The position numbers and the translations under genes are program-made. Source: Catajapyx aquilonaris (lineage: Eukaryota). From it: a DNA stretch of 20,000 bases. The notes below the pieces were generated by a model that saw only the letters and a program-made list of their open reading frames with translations, was not told the origin of the DNA and did not search any database. The DNA is taken from positions 54,562 through 74,561 of the forward strand of contig KZ538400.1 of the NCBI GenBank assembly GCA_000934665.2. The letters are read 5' to 3'. Positions 1 to 9,253 of this stretch are shown in pieces (the first letter of the stretch is position 1; each line of letters opens with the position of its first letter).

Positions 1-358
1 TCCATTGTTTCTTTGCTCCGGTATTTATTATGAGACCATCAAGCGGCTTTCTTTCACTTCTGTCAACTGCGAATAAAGAGCTTCTGCACCTAAAATTGCG
101 TAATGGGAACCTCTTCAGCCTTATCAAAATATGTATGACATTTTATAATCTCTCCTGCCCTATCCGATTAAGAATCTGTCGATATTGTAGCAAAGCTCAC
201 ATTATTTTGTAAATGTTACGTGTTGACAATTTTGTGTTCTTGTTGGGGGTTCGCAGCAAAGTTATCTACAACAAACACTGATAGCGGCATAATTATAGTG
301 TCCAGCTTTCGCTCACTTGTTTAAACTTCCACTCACGGGTGGTATAAGCTGTGATAGG

Positions 359-485
359 ATGGATGAGTCATCTCTAGAGGATGGTCACAGAAGTGCGCAT
401 GTGTTAATTCGTAAATTGCCAGGTGGCAGAGCCGGGCCCCAATATGTACCGAAAAACTGTAGTAGGCCGCCAGATTTTGGCCTAG
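359..485 (+). CDS. Speculative first coding exon of CMTR1
   Basis: ATG at 359 opens MDESSLEDGHRSAHVLIRKLPGG...PDFGL. Phase-1 GT donors at 423 (CAG|GTGGCA) and 486 (TAG|GTTGAG) would join the phase-1 acceptor at 6303. Both donors are weak and I recognise no homology. Confidence 0.22.
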
Positions 486-968
486 GTTGAGATGAAATAG
501 CCAGTGCTTCGGGAGCATATTGGTGTGTCAATTATTAGCATCACCTATAGCCTGCTGTGGTGCATTCGCTTTGGTTATCCTTATCCAATCCATCCTTCTC
601 GCCCGACCTCTATATGCGCGGGGTCAAAATTCGGATGTTTCTGTCGCTCATATCTTGGAAATGGCTGGAAAGTGTCGGCTAAAACTTTCACCACTCTGTC
701 TATCGCACACGAATGACCCCTCACGTGAGTTTTAACCAAATCGGAGGGGGCCGATCTTGACCGTTCCCTTGTAAAAAGAACTGTCCACAGCAATATTATA
801 ATAATTACAGGGATGATACTGGTAACTCAGCAATTACAAGGCTACAGGCTTCTGAAGTTCAGCAGATCACCCGTTGAAGACTGCTTCTTTAGTATTTTTG
901 TCCTGGTGTGAAAAAGAATGGGAACCAATGGGGACACAAAAATGTAAATCTAGGCTCCACAACATGTA

Positions 969-1110
969 CTATCGGGTTCAAATACTTTTGGTCACTTTAT
1001 CCTGGTCTTTAAAGAACCCATTACACACACTCACCTCCTTAACATGGGGTCTGTTCGAAGGGTTGCTTCAAGACCAGGATAATGTGGCCAAAAGTATTTG
1101 AACCCGATAG
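969..1110. mobile_element. Small Tc1/mariner-type MITE (142 bp)
   Basis: About 41-bp imperfect terminal inverted repeats (ctatcgggttcaaatacttttgg... / ...ccaaaagtatttgaacccgatag) flanked by TA at 967-968 and 1111-1112. Confidence 0.8.
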
Positions 1111-1472
1111 TACTTTGTATATGTGCTGACAGTATAAAAGAGTTTCTGACCACACAGTGTAGCCACTACTACTGCTGCTACATACATGCCAGAATTAGAT
1201 GCAGCCATGCTTTTTTTTTCTCTCCCATGTTTGACTTTAGTTGGAGGTAGGAACTCCGTAGTAATATTTCCCCCACAATACTGGTAGTACAAGGGGCATT
1301 CATAAAGTTCGTACCTTCACCTTGAAGGAAAACTGTTCAAATTGCACACATGCATTAGTCCTTCTCTCTATTTGAATCCTGGAGAGCCACACATTTGTAC
1401 CAGTGATGCATGACCTATAGGAGACAATTATTGTCGATGTAGACACGTTGTGATTGAAAAATGTTTTCAACC

Positions 1473-1828
1473 AGGGGAGGCGTGGTGGCCAAGCTGGTAA
1501 CGACTCGGCTTGCCGAGGAGAAGGTCCCAGGTTCGATCCCCACCCAGGAGTTCCCTTTTGCCTGCGTCAGGAGGGTCTTGGACCCGGGGCCTTGGAGGCT
1601 TTTGGCAGCCTAACCTCCAGGGAGACTGCACATGACCCAGTATTCCGCCATTGCCCTAGTACCCGTGTCTCCTCCCTTAAAAATCTCTATCCTCACCCCA
1701 TGTCCTCTCTTCACTGCGCAGAGTTTGAAGAGAAAATCACTAGAAAATTGGAAAATATGGTGGTGTTCCACCCCCCTAAAAGGACACAGTTCCCTCTAAT
1801 GGGGTATAAGAAGAAGAAGAACAAGAAG
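1473..1828 (+). mobile_element. tRNA-derived SINE, family A, copy 1
   Basis: Pol III A box (tggccaagctgg), B box (ggttcgatccc), (AAG)n tail, and 14-bp TSD aaatgttttcaacc at 1459-1472 and 1829-1842. Similar to the copies at 2594 and 16256. Confidence 0.92.
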
Positions 1829-1864
1829 AAATGTTTTCAACCTCTGTTGTCCATGCTGGGGTGT

Positions 1865-1973
1865 GCTTGTGTTTCTCCCATGACTCCAAAGACCTGTCCG
1901 GCTTGGGAGACCCTGCCAGTAGACGAAGCTACCACTGGAATAGCTCTTCTGGGTCATGGGAGAAGCACAAGCC
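1865..1973 (-). mobile_element. RTE-clade LINE 5'UTR-like fragment with a partial inverted duplication
   Basis: Minus strand reads atgacccagaagagctat...ctggcagggtctcccaagccggacaggtc, which resembles (from recall) the 5' region of RTE elements such as BovB and Expander. A 20-bp inverted repeat lies at 1865-1884 / 1953-1972. Confidence 0.55.
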
Positions 1974-2188
1974 TCACAACGTTGACTTCTACAATGATGG
2001 TGTCCTACAGGTTGTGCATTGCTGGTACAAATGTGTGGTTCTGCAGGGTTCAAATAGAGAGAAGGACTAATACATGTGTGCAATTTGAACTGTTCATCTC
2101 TTTTCCTTCAAGGCGATGATACGATCTTTATGAACACCCCTTGTATATTATATCCTCCTGAGACCCGAGAAAAAGTTTGTAACACAAT

Positions 2189-2541
2189 GAGTGCGTTTAC
2201 ATCGGACTAAAAATCGACCTGGGCCAGGCCCCCTAAGCAAGGTCTGTCTACGCAAAGCCTGCTCCCACTTTTGCCACTGCTACTAGGGACTACTCTCTTG
2301 CTGGAAAGGTAGCCCACTAGGAAGCAAGACTTCCCTCCCGGGCTGTCCCCTCACCCAATCAGCGCCATTGCCTTATGTAGACCACCTGACCCAAAAGGCT
2401 TGGGCTGAGCCCGATACTGGCTCTGACCGGTTCAGCTAAAGCCAGTCTAACATAGTCCCAGCGGCTACATGGGAGTAGACTGGTTCTCCTAGCATAGGTG
2501 GCCGTAGCTAGGCCGATTTTAAGTCCCATGTAAATGCACTC
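2189..2541. mobile_element. PIF/Harbinger-like MITE
   Basis: TIRs gagtgcgtttacatcggactaaaaatcg / cgattttaagtcccatgtaaatgcactc, with a 3-bp TSD AAT at 2186-2188 and 2542-2544. Confidence 0.82.
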
Positions 2542-2593
2542 AATGTCAGTTCTTGTTGCATTTTCTTAACATATTGTCAATAAGAAACGAGTT

Positions 2594-2960
2594 GGGGAAG
2601 TGTGGTGGCCGAGATGGTAAAGTCTCGGCTTGCTGAGTAATAGGTCCCAGGTTCGTTCGCTGCCTCAGAGCTCTCTTTCACCTGCGTCAGGAGGGTCTGT
2701 GACCCGCGCCTTGGAAGTGTGTGGCAACCTAACCTCCTGGGGAACAGCACATGACCATTTAACGACATTGCACTTGCACCCACATTCCTTCCCCCAAAAT
2801 CCCTAACCTTACCCAATGTCCTTGATTTCCCTGGATTGGAGTTTGAAGTAAAAACAGAAAATTATCTGAGAAAAATGGTGGTTTCCCACCCCCCTAAGAG
2901 AGCCACTATCCTAAGAGAGGCTCTATCACGGGGTAAATATGTTTTAAAAAAAGAGAGAGA
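2594..2960 (+). mobile_element. tRNA-derived SINE, family A, copy 2
   Basis: Head ggggaagtgtggtggccgagatgg, B-box-like ggttcgttc, shared body (cacctgcgtcaggagggtct...aacctcctggggaacagcacatgacc) and A/GA-rich tail. TSD is degenerate and the end is approximate. Confidence 0.88.
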
Positions 2961-3164
2961 GAAAAATTAGAGTTCTAAAATATTGACCAAAATAATGACA
3001 ATAATAATAATTAATGAAATAATGACTCAATTGCTGCCACAAAGGCAGAACGGATGAATGCTGAAAAGTTAAATGTCACTTAATGGATCACTCGCATAGT
3101 GCTTTATCCTCCAGACAATGTTTTTTACATTCATTTGTGGAATTCGTGGTGGCAATTCCTTTCA

Positions 3165-3468
3165 AATGACAATAAAGATAAATATATGATAAAATATAAA
3201 ATAATATAAAGATAAATAATAAAAAATAATATATAAAATAATATAAAGATAAATAATAAAAAATAATATATAAAATAATATAAAGATAAATAATAAAAAA
3301 TAATATAAAAAATAATATAAAGATAAATAATAAAAAATAATATATAAAATAAAATAAAAATAAAATATAAAATATATAAAATAAAAATAAAATAAATAAT
3401 ATATAAAATATATAAAATAAAAATAAAATAAAAGATATATAATAATAATAAAGATAAAAATAAGATAA
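3165..3468. repeat. AT-rich low-complexity / imperfect minisatellite
   Basis: Almost only A/T, with the recurring unit aaataatataaagataaataataaaaaataat. Confidence 0.9.
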
Positions 3469-3727
3469 TAATGGATACCCCGTGATAGGCCCCTTGGGCC
3501 TCTTAGGGGATCATCTTTTGAAAACCCGACTTTAATCATTTGCCTGAAATGTGATGGATTTTGATAGTGGGAGGAAACGGGAGAACCCCGAGAAAACCCA
3601 CGCGAACATGGAGAGAACCCATCGAAACTCTATCCACATAAGTATCATTCGTCCGACCCGGGGATCGAACTCGGGACCTTAGAGGTGGAAGGCTGGGGCG
3701 CTAACCACTCGGCCACCGTGTCGTCCC
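3469..3727 (-). mobile_element. tRNA-derived SINE with a V-domain-like core (family B)
   Basis: Minus strand has A box tggccgagtgg, B box gagttcgatccc, and core gttctctccatgttcgcgtgggttttctcggggttctcccgtttcctccca resembling the V-SINE domain. A 17-bp TSD agataaaaataagataa lies at 3452-3468 and 3728-3744. Confidence 0.9.
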
Positions 3728-4336
3728 AGATAAAAATAAGATAAAATCTTCAATTATTTTTGAAGGCCAAAACTTAAGGCATGGGGTTATCCCGTCTCAT
3801 CTTCCCTCCTAGCATGGTGCCTCACTATTCTAGATTTTAAAACTGAACTGTAGTGCAAAGCACACTTCTGTGTGGGTGTATAGGTACAGGCAGGTACAGA
3901 AAGGTACAGAGTATTCATATGATCATTATCATTGGTGACCAATTGTTTTAAGTGTTATTGATGGTCATTTACTTCATCTAGTAAGTAGAGTAGTTGAAGT
4001 GACGGAAGGGGGATGAATACTAATACTGCTGCTGGAAACACTGTTCAAATTATTTCAATTGATTGTCTCTCAAGCAAGTAGCGGTTTGTGAAAGTGTTGG
4101 AAAGCAATGATATATTCGGCGAAAAAAAAATCAATTCAAATGTCGACATATGATGACACCGGGTCTCAGGAGGATATAGTACAGTACACTCACGGCACTA
4201 CTGGTGCAATAGGCTGTTCGAGGTTGCTGCATAAAATACTCGTGGTATCAAAATAAGCCAGAAAATAAGCCAGCCCAGTGAAAACACTGTTACCACTGAC
4301 TTTACCTGCTACTCCTGTCACTGGCAATTTCACATA

Positions 4337-4413
4337 CAGTAAAACTTCCATAAGTCGAACTTCCCTAAGCCGAAGAAAATGATGAGCATGGTTGGTCACA
4401 ATGTAAAATAATA
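4337..4413 (+). mobile_element. 5' fragment of the pogo/Tigger-like MITE found complete at 18310-18912
   Basis: TA followed by cagtaaaacttccataagtcgaacttccctaag...gaagaaaatgatgagcatggttggtcacaatgtaaaataatag, closely matching 18310-18404 apart from one missing subrepeat. Confidence 0.8.
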
Positions 4414-4614
4414 GAATAATTGTGCCTAGTTTCATTCAGCAACTCCATTGACAACACTCACAGTTCTCTTGTGAGTTACGTACAGATCTGACTTAGACAT
4501 TATCAGGAACATATCCCCATTCGTAGGCTGGGGACTTACTGCAATCATTACAATATTGAAATCTCTCTTTCACCAGATATGCCTGTATTTGAAAAATAAA
4601 TTCAGGATATTATA

Positions 4615-5233
4615 CAGTGGAACCACGTACTTCGAAAGCCTCTAACTTTGAATGTTCCAGAGTTCAAACGCTAAAGAGAAAAATTTGATCAGGAGTTTGA
4701 ACAATGCTTTATAGTTCGAATTGAGCGCGCAGTGAAAAAATGCTCTTGCTGGCCCAAGTCATCGCTAGGTTTCGCTGTGAAAGCATCTCTTGAGTTATGC
4801 TTGCATGTTTTCAGTGCCTTTTTCATTTTGTTTTTGGTGTGTTTGGTTATGTAGTATAATGGAAAGTGACTCCCCTCCCCTTCTAAACACTAACCTTTCT
4901 CTTCCTCTCCCCCTTCCACTCCACCAGCCACATGGGACATCATCACTCCTCACTTGTACAGCAATTGCAATTTTCATTTTATTACACAGTATTTACGTAT
5001 TTTATATATTGTTTTCATGTTTTAATTTATTATTTATGGCATTTAGGTGTTATGCTTACATTAAATTGTGTGCATTTTCTGTTAAGTTGATCGAAATGGG
5101 TATTGTTTGGTCTGGGAACGGATGAATTCACTTTCCATTATTTATTATGGGGGAAATTGATTCGGACTTCGGACAATTCAGAGTTCGACCGACTTCCTGG
5201 AATGAATTAAGTTCGAAGAACGAGGCACCACTG
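4615..5233. mobile_element. pogo/Tigger-like MITE
   Basis: TIRs cagtggaaccacgtacttcgaa / ttcgaagaacgaggcaccactg flanked by TA on both sides, with subterminal gttcgaa repeats. Confidence 0.82.
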
Positions 5234-5601
5234 TATATTAATTTTGAAGAGATTCCCAAGTTGTTAATAGTTCATTACAAAAATTGTGTGGTGTGCAGGG
5301 ATCCAGAAACTGTCGTAGACAGTGAAACACTTCCACAACAACAAAATGAGGTGTAAGCGTGCTGCAGCAGAGGATAAATCTGAAGTAAAGCTCAGAAGGG
5401 TATTAAAAAGTTAAAAAAGAGTTGGTTTGTTTTAGAGACATAATGGTATTGGAGAAAGGTAAATACATCAAGTGCAGGAGGACAAGGGAGGTAGGGGGTC
5501 ATCTGTCCAATATTGGAGGTTTTCTTTTGCGCCCATAGAATTTGTTATAAGTTATAATAATAAAGGGTGTTTATTAATCGAAACAGAAAAAAAGGAAAGA
5601 T

Positions 5602-5823
5602 GGGAGAAATGTCGAGAGACCAACCTTTAACGAGGTAGATGACCAGAAATATCGGCCAGTGGTTGCCTAAGGAGCACGATATGAGCATGAAAATCGTAGC
5701 TTTTGGGATTTGTAAGATCACCTCTTTCACAGAAGTATGCTCATATCCTGCTCCTTAGGCAACCACTGGCCAATGTTTCTGGTCATCTACCATGTTAACG
5801 GTTGGTCCCTTGACATTTCTCCC
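5602..5823. repeat. Imperfect 87-bp inverted repeat with 48-bp spacer (probable MITE remnant)
   Basis: 5602-5688 is the reverse complement of 5737-5823, which explains the near-identical opposite-strand ORFs MLISCSLGNHWP. No clear TSD. Confidence 0.85.
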
Positions 5824-6303
5824 CACTACATTTTTGACTGTTTTGCCCCAAGGAATACGCTCACGGCCGTTGGCCATACTTGTAAGAAACACCGTGTATA
5901 TGAAGACATTGTTACCGATTTGGGAACATAACACATCCTCCACATTTTGCTAGCAAAGTTTTGACTTCAATTTCAATAATTCTGCAATAATGAGCCATCT
6001 TTTTTATTAGTTCAGTGTTTCTTTTGTAGAATGTTACTAATCAGCATTGTATGGTTGTCGTACATTAGGAAAATACCCATTTGCGAAGGGGGTAGGGAAG
6101 AGAAGGCAAATAGGAGTCCTGTGGTTGTCTTCCTGTCAATTATGTTACTTTTTACTACAAAGATTGACCCTCACTCAGTGACCTTTTGCATAGCATGAGA
6201 CATGAATACAAGAACCTCAAAATTCAATTTTTTTCTGAAATGCAATACAACATTTGCACAAGAAGGTTGACCATTTTAATAGCAGGGTTTTTCTTAATTC
6301 CAG

Positions 6304-6554
6304 ACTCGGAATCCAGTGACTCTGATGACGCCATGTGTCGGCAAAATCTAAGCATGTCATTTGGGGGCCAGACCTCATCTAGTCCACCTCCTGCCAAAAA
6401 GCCTAGATTGAGTGGAGCCACAGTGAACCCTCATGTTGCTTCAACTCTACAAGATGAAGAAGGATCTTCAAAACCAGTTGTGCTAAAGAAGTTTTTTGGG
6501 AATACTGAAGAGTCTCCTAACATGCAGTACAGTGCTATAGCCCAAAAGCTGATG
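6304..6554 (+). CDS. CMTR1: CMTR1 coding exon (acidic/Ser-rich N-terminus, NLS-like PPAKKPRL, start of G-patch)
   Basis: Acceptor tttttcttaattccAG ends at 6303 (phase 1) and donor ATG|GTAAGG is at 6555. Reads (D)SESSDSDDAMC...PPAKKPRL...YSAIAQKLM, which joins the next exon in frame to form a G-patch. Confidence 0.85.
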
Positions 6555-6667
6555 GTAAGGTGCACACAAAGTGTGAGCAGGGGGCAACAAATGCTTTTTT
6601 ATGTTTTTAAATGCTAAAATAATGGGACAGTATGACTGAAAGAGAGAAGCATTCCTGGAGGAGGATA

Positions 6668-6770
6668 TGAGGGCTGTCCAAAAAGTATCCGACCTTAATT
6701 TTTTTCGCGGAAACAAATGAAACACGGGAGGCTTTGAACTTTTTCTCTCTCGTTTACTCACTTACTTCAA
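6668..6770. mobile_element. Solo mariner-like terminal fragment in a CMTR1 intron
   Basis: TA followed by tgagggctgtccaaaaagtatccgacct resembles a mariner TIR. No partner end seen, and the right boundary is approximate. Confidence 0.55.
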
Positions 6771-6795
6771 ATATGTGACCACTGAATTTTTACAG

Positions 6796-6951
6796 ATGAA
6801 AATGGGCCACAAAGAAGGAAAAGGCCTGGGCAGAAACAGCCAGGGAATAGTAGATCCTGTGGCTTTTTCGAAGCAGAAAGGACGCAGAGGATTGGGACTC
6901 CAGATACTAGGCCTAGAAGCTGGCACTGTGAAGTGGGACTTTACACAAGAG
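6796..6951 (+). CDS. CMTR1: CMTR1 coding exon (G-patch core)
   Basis: Acceptor tttttacAG at 6795 and donor GAG|GTAACA at 6952. MKMGHKEGKGLGRNSQGIVDPVAFSKQKGRRGLG fits the G-patch consensus. Confidence 0.95.
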
Positions 6952-7017
6952 GTAACAGGGTTACTACTGTCTGCCACAATACAGAAATAATACAATGAAT
7001 ACTGACCTTAAATCCAG

Positions 7018-7185
7018 GTAGTGGAAGTGCAAGAGAAGATTCGCTGGATGCCAGAGCATGCAAACGGTAGATTGGATTCTGAGACCCTTCATTCTTGGAT
7101 TGTTGTGGGTCCCAAGAAGCTGGACATAGATGATGAGACCACCTTTTGTGATCCAGATATGTTGCAGGACGTTCTTAGCTGCAAG
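7018..7185 (+). CDS. CMTR1: CMTR1 coding exon (linker before the methyltransferase domain)
   Basis: Follows a 66-nt intron (6952-7017, ending aatccAG), with donor AAG|GTAGG at 7186. VVEVQEKIRWM...GPKKLDIDDETTFCDPDMLQDVLSCK resembles the CMTR1 KxxIxDETxFC motif. Confidence 0.93.
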
Positions 7186-7298
7186 GTAGGCATTTTTATT
7201 TTCAAAACATATGCTGCATCAGCCTGCAAGTGCTCAGGGAAGTAAGTTAGTGATAAAATTATTGGTTATCTAGAATGAATGAAAGGGGTTTCAATTAA

Positions 7299-7453
7299 AT
7301 GTGGAAAACATTGGAATGGGTTCTCTCTGTGTTTGGGGTTCTGCTGTTTCTTCCCACAATAAAAATTCATCATAGTGCAGTCAGTGAATGTAGTTGTATT
7401 GAAAATGATATTCCCCTAAAAGGCCACAGTAGGCCACCACAGGAGTAACCAAT
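7299..7453 (+). mobile_element. Degenerate 3' part of a family B (V-like) SINE
   Basis: atgtgga...atgggttctctctgtgtttggggttctgctgtttcttcccacaataaaaattcatca...cccctaaaaggcc aligns by eye to the reverse complement of 3469-3640. Confidence 0.7.
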
Positions 7454-7455
7454 TA

Positions 7456-8036
7456 CCGTATTACCTCTCATATCGCGGCATGCGGTGTAGGCGAGGTCGA
7501 CCAGTTAAAAAAATGCTTGATCTGGTGGCTATACCGGCATGCCGGTCTAAGCGAGGTATGCCAGTATAAGGCAAGGTTTTCACATAAGTTAAATTATAAT
7601 TTCTGAACTTGACATTTGCCTGAAAATCGAAATTCACGTATAAAGGCTATATCAAAAAGGCACATTTTCCAAATAGGGTACCCGTACCATATATTGTTTT
7701 CAATCGCAGTGTTGGGCAATAATCTCTATTTAAACAGTATGTTAGAGCAGGGGGTTCCCTTGTCAAAACAGGCTGACGATGGGATTAGTCACAGACTACA
7801 TTTTTTATATGCACTGTGCAACAGAACTTACATATTCTCACAGCCTGTACACTCGCCCATTTTCATTGTAACATTATTTTAGTATGGTACCAGAAGAATT
7901 CCAAAATATTTGGCAATGATCAAAATTATGGAAATCCACCTGGGTTATTGCAGCATGCCGGCCACCCCTGGGTTATACCCGCATGCTGGTCGACCTCGTT
8001 TTATACCGGCGTGCCGCAATATGAGAGGTAATACGG
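7456..8036. mobile_element. pogo-like MITE (CCGTATT termini)
   Basis: About 49-bp TIRs ccgtattacctctcatatcgcggcatgc...gaggtcgaccag / ctggtcgacctcg...gccgcaatatgagaggtaatacgg, with TA at 7454-55 and 8037-38. Confidence 0.88.
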
Positions 8037-8429
8037 TATAAGAAGGGGGTATGAAGAAGTTGCAGTGTTTTCCCAAGCAAAGTCTGGCTTAAAGAGGGAG
8101 AACTCATCATTGGAAACAACAATAATATTATAGCCTCATTCACTTGTGATTGTTGCATCCCTGTAAATAGCTTGCTGGAGTAAACAATCCATAACTTCAC
8201 CTCTTGGATTGGGGACTTTGGGCAGTGCACCTCCCTGTATAACTGTTGAGAGGACTGAAAGTGGAAGTGTCATTGAATCCCTTGTAAATTTGCTAATTTT
8301 GATTGTTATCATTATCATCTTGTGCAAATTTTCTAGTGCATTTGGATAGTGTATTGAAACCCTTTCTTATTATTAATTAGTGTTCTGACATGATGACAAT
8401 GACAAAAACAACAAAAATGTTTATTGCAG

Positions 8430-8597
8430 ACTATCTTCGATAGACTGGGGGAAGATGAGCTGTACAAAGCGAGGACTCGGTGCAATCCTTTTGAAACTAT
8501 TCGAGGCGGTTTTTTCCAGAACAGAGCAGCTATGAAGATGGCCAACATGGATGCTGTCTTCGATTTTATGTTTACTGATCCTAGGGACTCACATGAT
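8430..8597 (+). CDS. CMTR1: CMTR1 coding exon (first catalytic Lys)
   Basis: Acceptor ttattgcAG at 8429 and donor GAT|GTGAGT at 8598. Reads [41 protein letters not shown], with the catalytic K codon at 8535-8537. Confidence 0.97.
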
Positions 8598-8813
8598 GTG
8601 AGTGAAGCCTATGTTTATTTTGTCATTTCAACTGTTGTTGAGTGTTTAATTTCTCCTGATGGAATTGTTTTGTGATATGCAAATATTTTGATGGTAGAAT
8701 GTTTTAATCAGCAAATGAAATTAGTACATTGGAATGTATACAATTTTCTTATGCACAGGTTAGAAATGTACCTTGGTGTAGCATGACTTATGTTGTGATG
8801 TTAATCATTTCAG

Positions 8814-9006
8814 GTGTCCTTGGTTGGCCCCAATGAGCTCCTATACTTTGCGGATGTGTGTGCTGGCCCAGGAGGTTTTAGTGAATATGTTCTATGGAGG
8901 AAGAAATGGGAAGCAAAAGGTTATGGATTTACCCTTCGTGGAGAAAATGATTTTAAGCTAGACAAGTTTTTTGCTGGCCCCTGCGAAAGTTTTGAACCTC
9001 ATTATG
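8814..9006 (+). CDS. CMTR1: CMTR1 coding exon (SAM-binding motif)
   Basis: Acceptor catttcAG at 8813 and phase-1 donor G|GTGAGG at 9007. [22 protein letters not shown]...[10 protein letters not shown] is the FtsJ-like SAM-binding loop. Confidence 0.97.
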
Positions 9007-9073
9007 GTGAGGGGGATGGCTTTTCTATTATCACTCTTTGAGAACCAACTAAAGGCTTCACTTTCTTGATTAG

Positions 9074-9192
9074 GTGTGAATGGGGTAGATGGGGATGGTG
9101 ACGTGTATGACCCCAACAATCTACGCACATTTCAGAGCTTCGTACTGGAGAATACTGGTGGACAGGGAGTCCATTTTATGATGGCTGATGGA
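9074..9192 (+). CDS. CMTR1: CMTR1 coding exon (catalytic Asp)
   Basis: Follows a 67-nt intron (9007-9073), with donor GGA|GTAAGA at 9193. Reads (G)[15 protein letters not shown]...GVHFMMADG, with the catalytic D at 9187-9189. Confidence 0.96.
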
Positions 9193-9253
9193 GTAAGATT
9201 CATATTTAAAAGGGTAATAAAGAGTATGTTTTTACCATTATGTTGTCTTGAAG

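Larger units (their letters stand above)
1290..2143. mobile_element. Mariner-derived MITE made of two inverted 3' ends
   Basis: Arms at 1290-~1452 and ~1975-2143 are imperfect reverse complements flanked by TA (1288-89, 2144-45). The right arm encodes FYNDGVLQVVHCWYKCVVLQGSNREKD*, which resembles a mariner transposase C-terminus. Confidence 0.85.
2149..4178. mobile_element. Non-autonomous DNA transposon hosting several nested insertions
   Basis: Perfect 19-bp inverted repeat tatatcctcctgagacccg (2149-2167) / cgggtctcaggaggatata (4160-4178), probably including the target-site bases. Superfamily not assigned. Confidence 0.7.

Noticed and set aside
1473..1550. tRNA-like sequences here and at 2594, 3727 (minus) and 16256
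   Set aside because: They have A/B boxes but continue into shared SINE bodies with tails and TSDs, and I see no proper acceptor stem. These are SINE heads, not tRNA genes.
1454..2119. Longest ORF in the track (221 aa)
   Set aside because: It runs across a SINE, its AAG tail, the RTE-like fragment and a MITE arm, so it is a chance open frame with no coherent domain.
3162..3539. 125-aa minus-strand ORF rich in F/Y/I/L
   Set aside because: It is a translation of the AT-rich low-complexity tract plus the SINE tail, not a real membrane protein.
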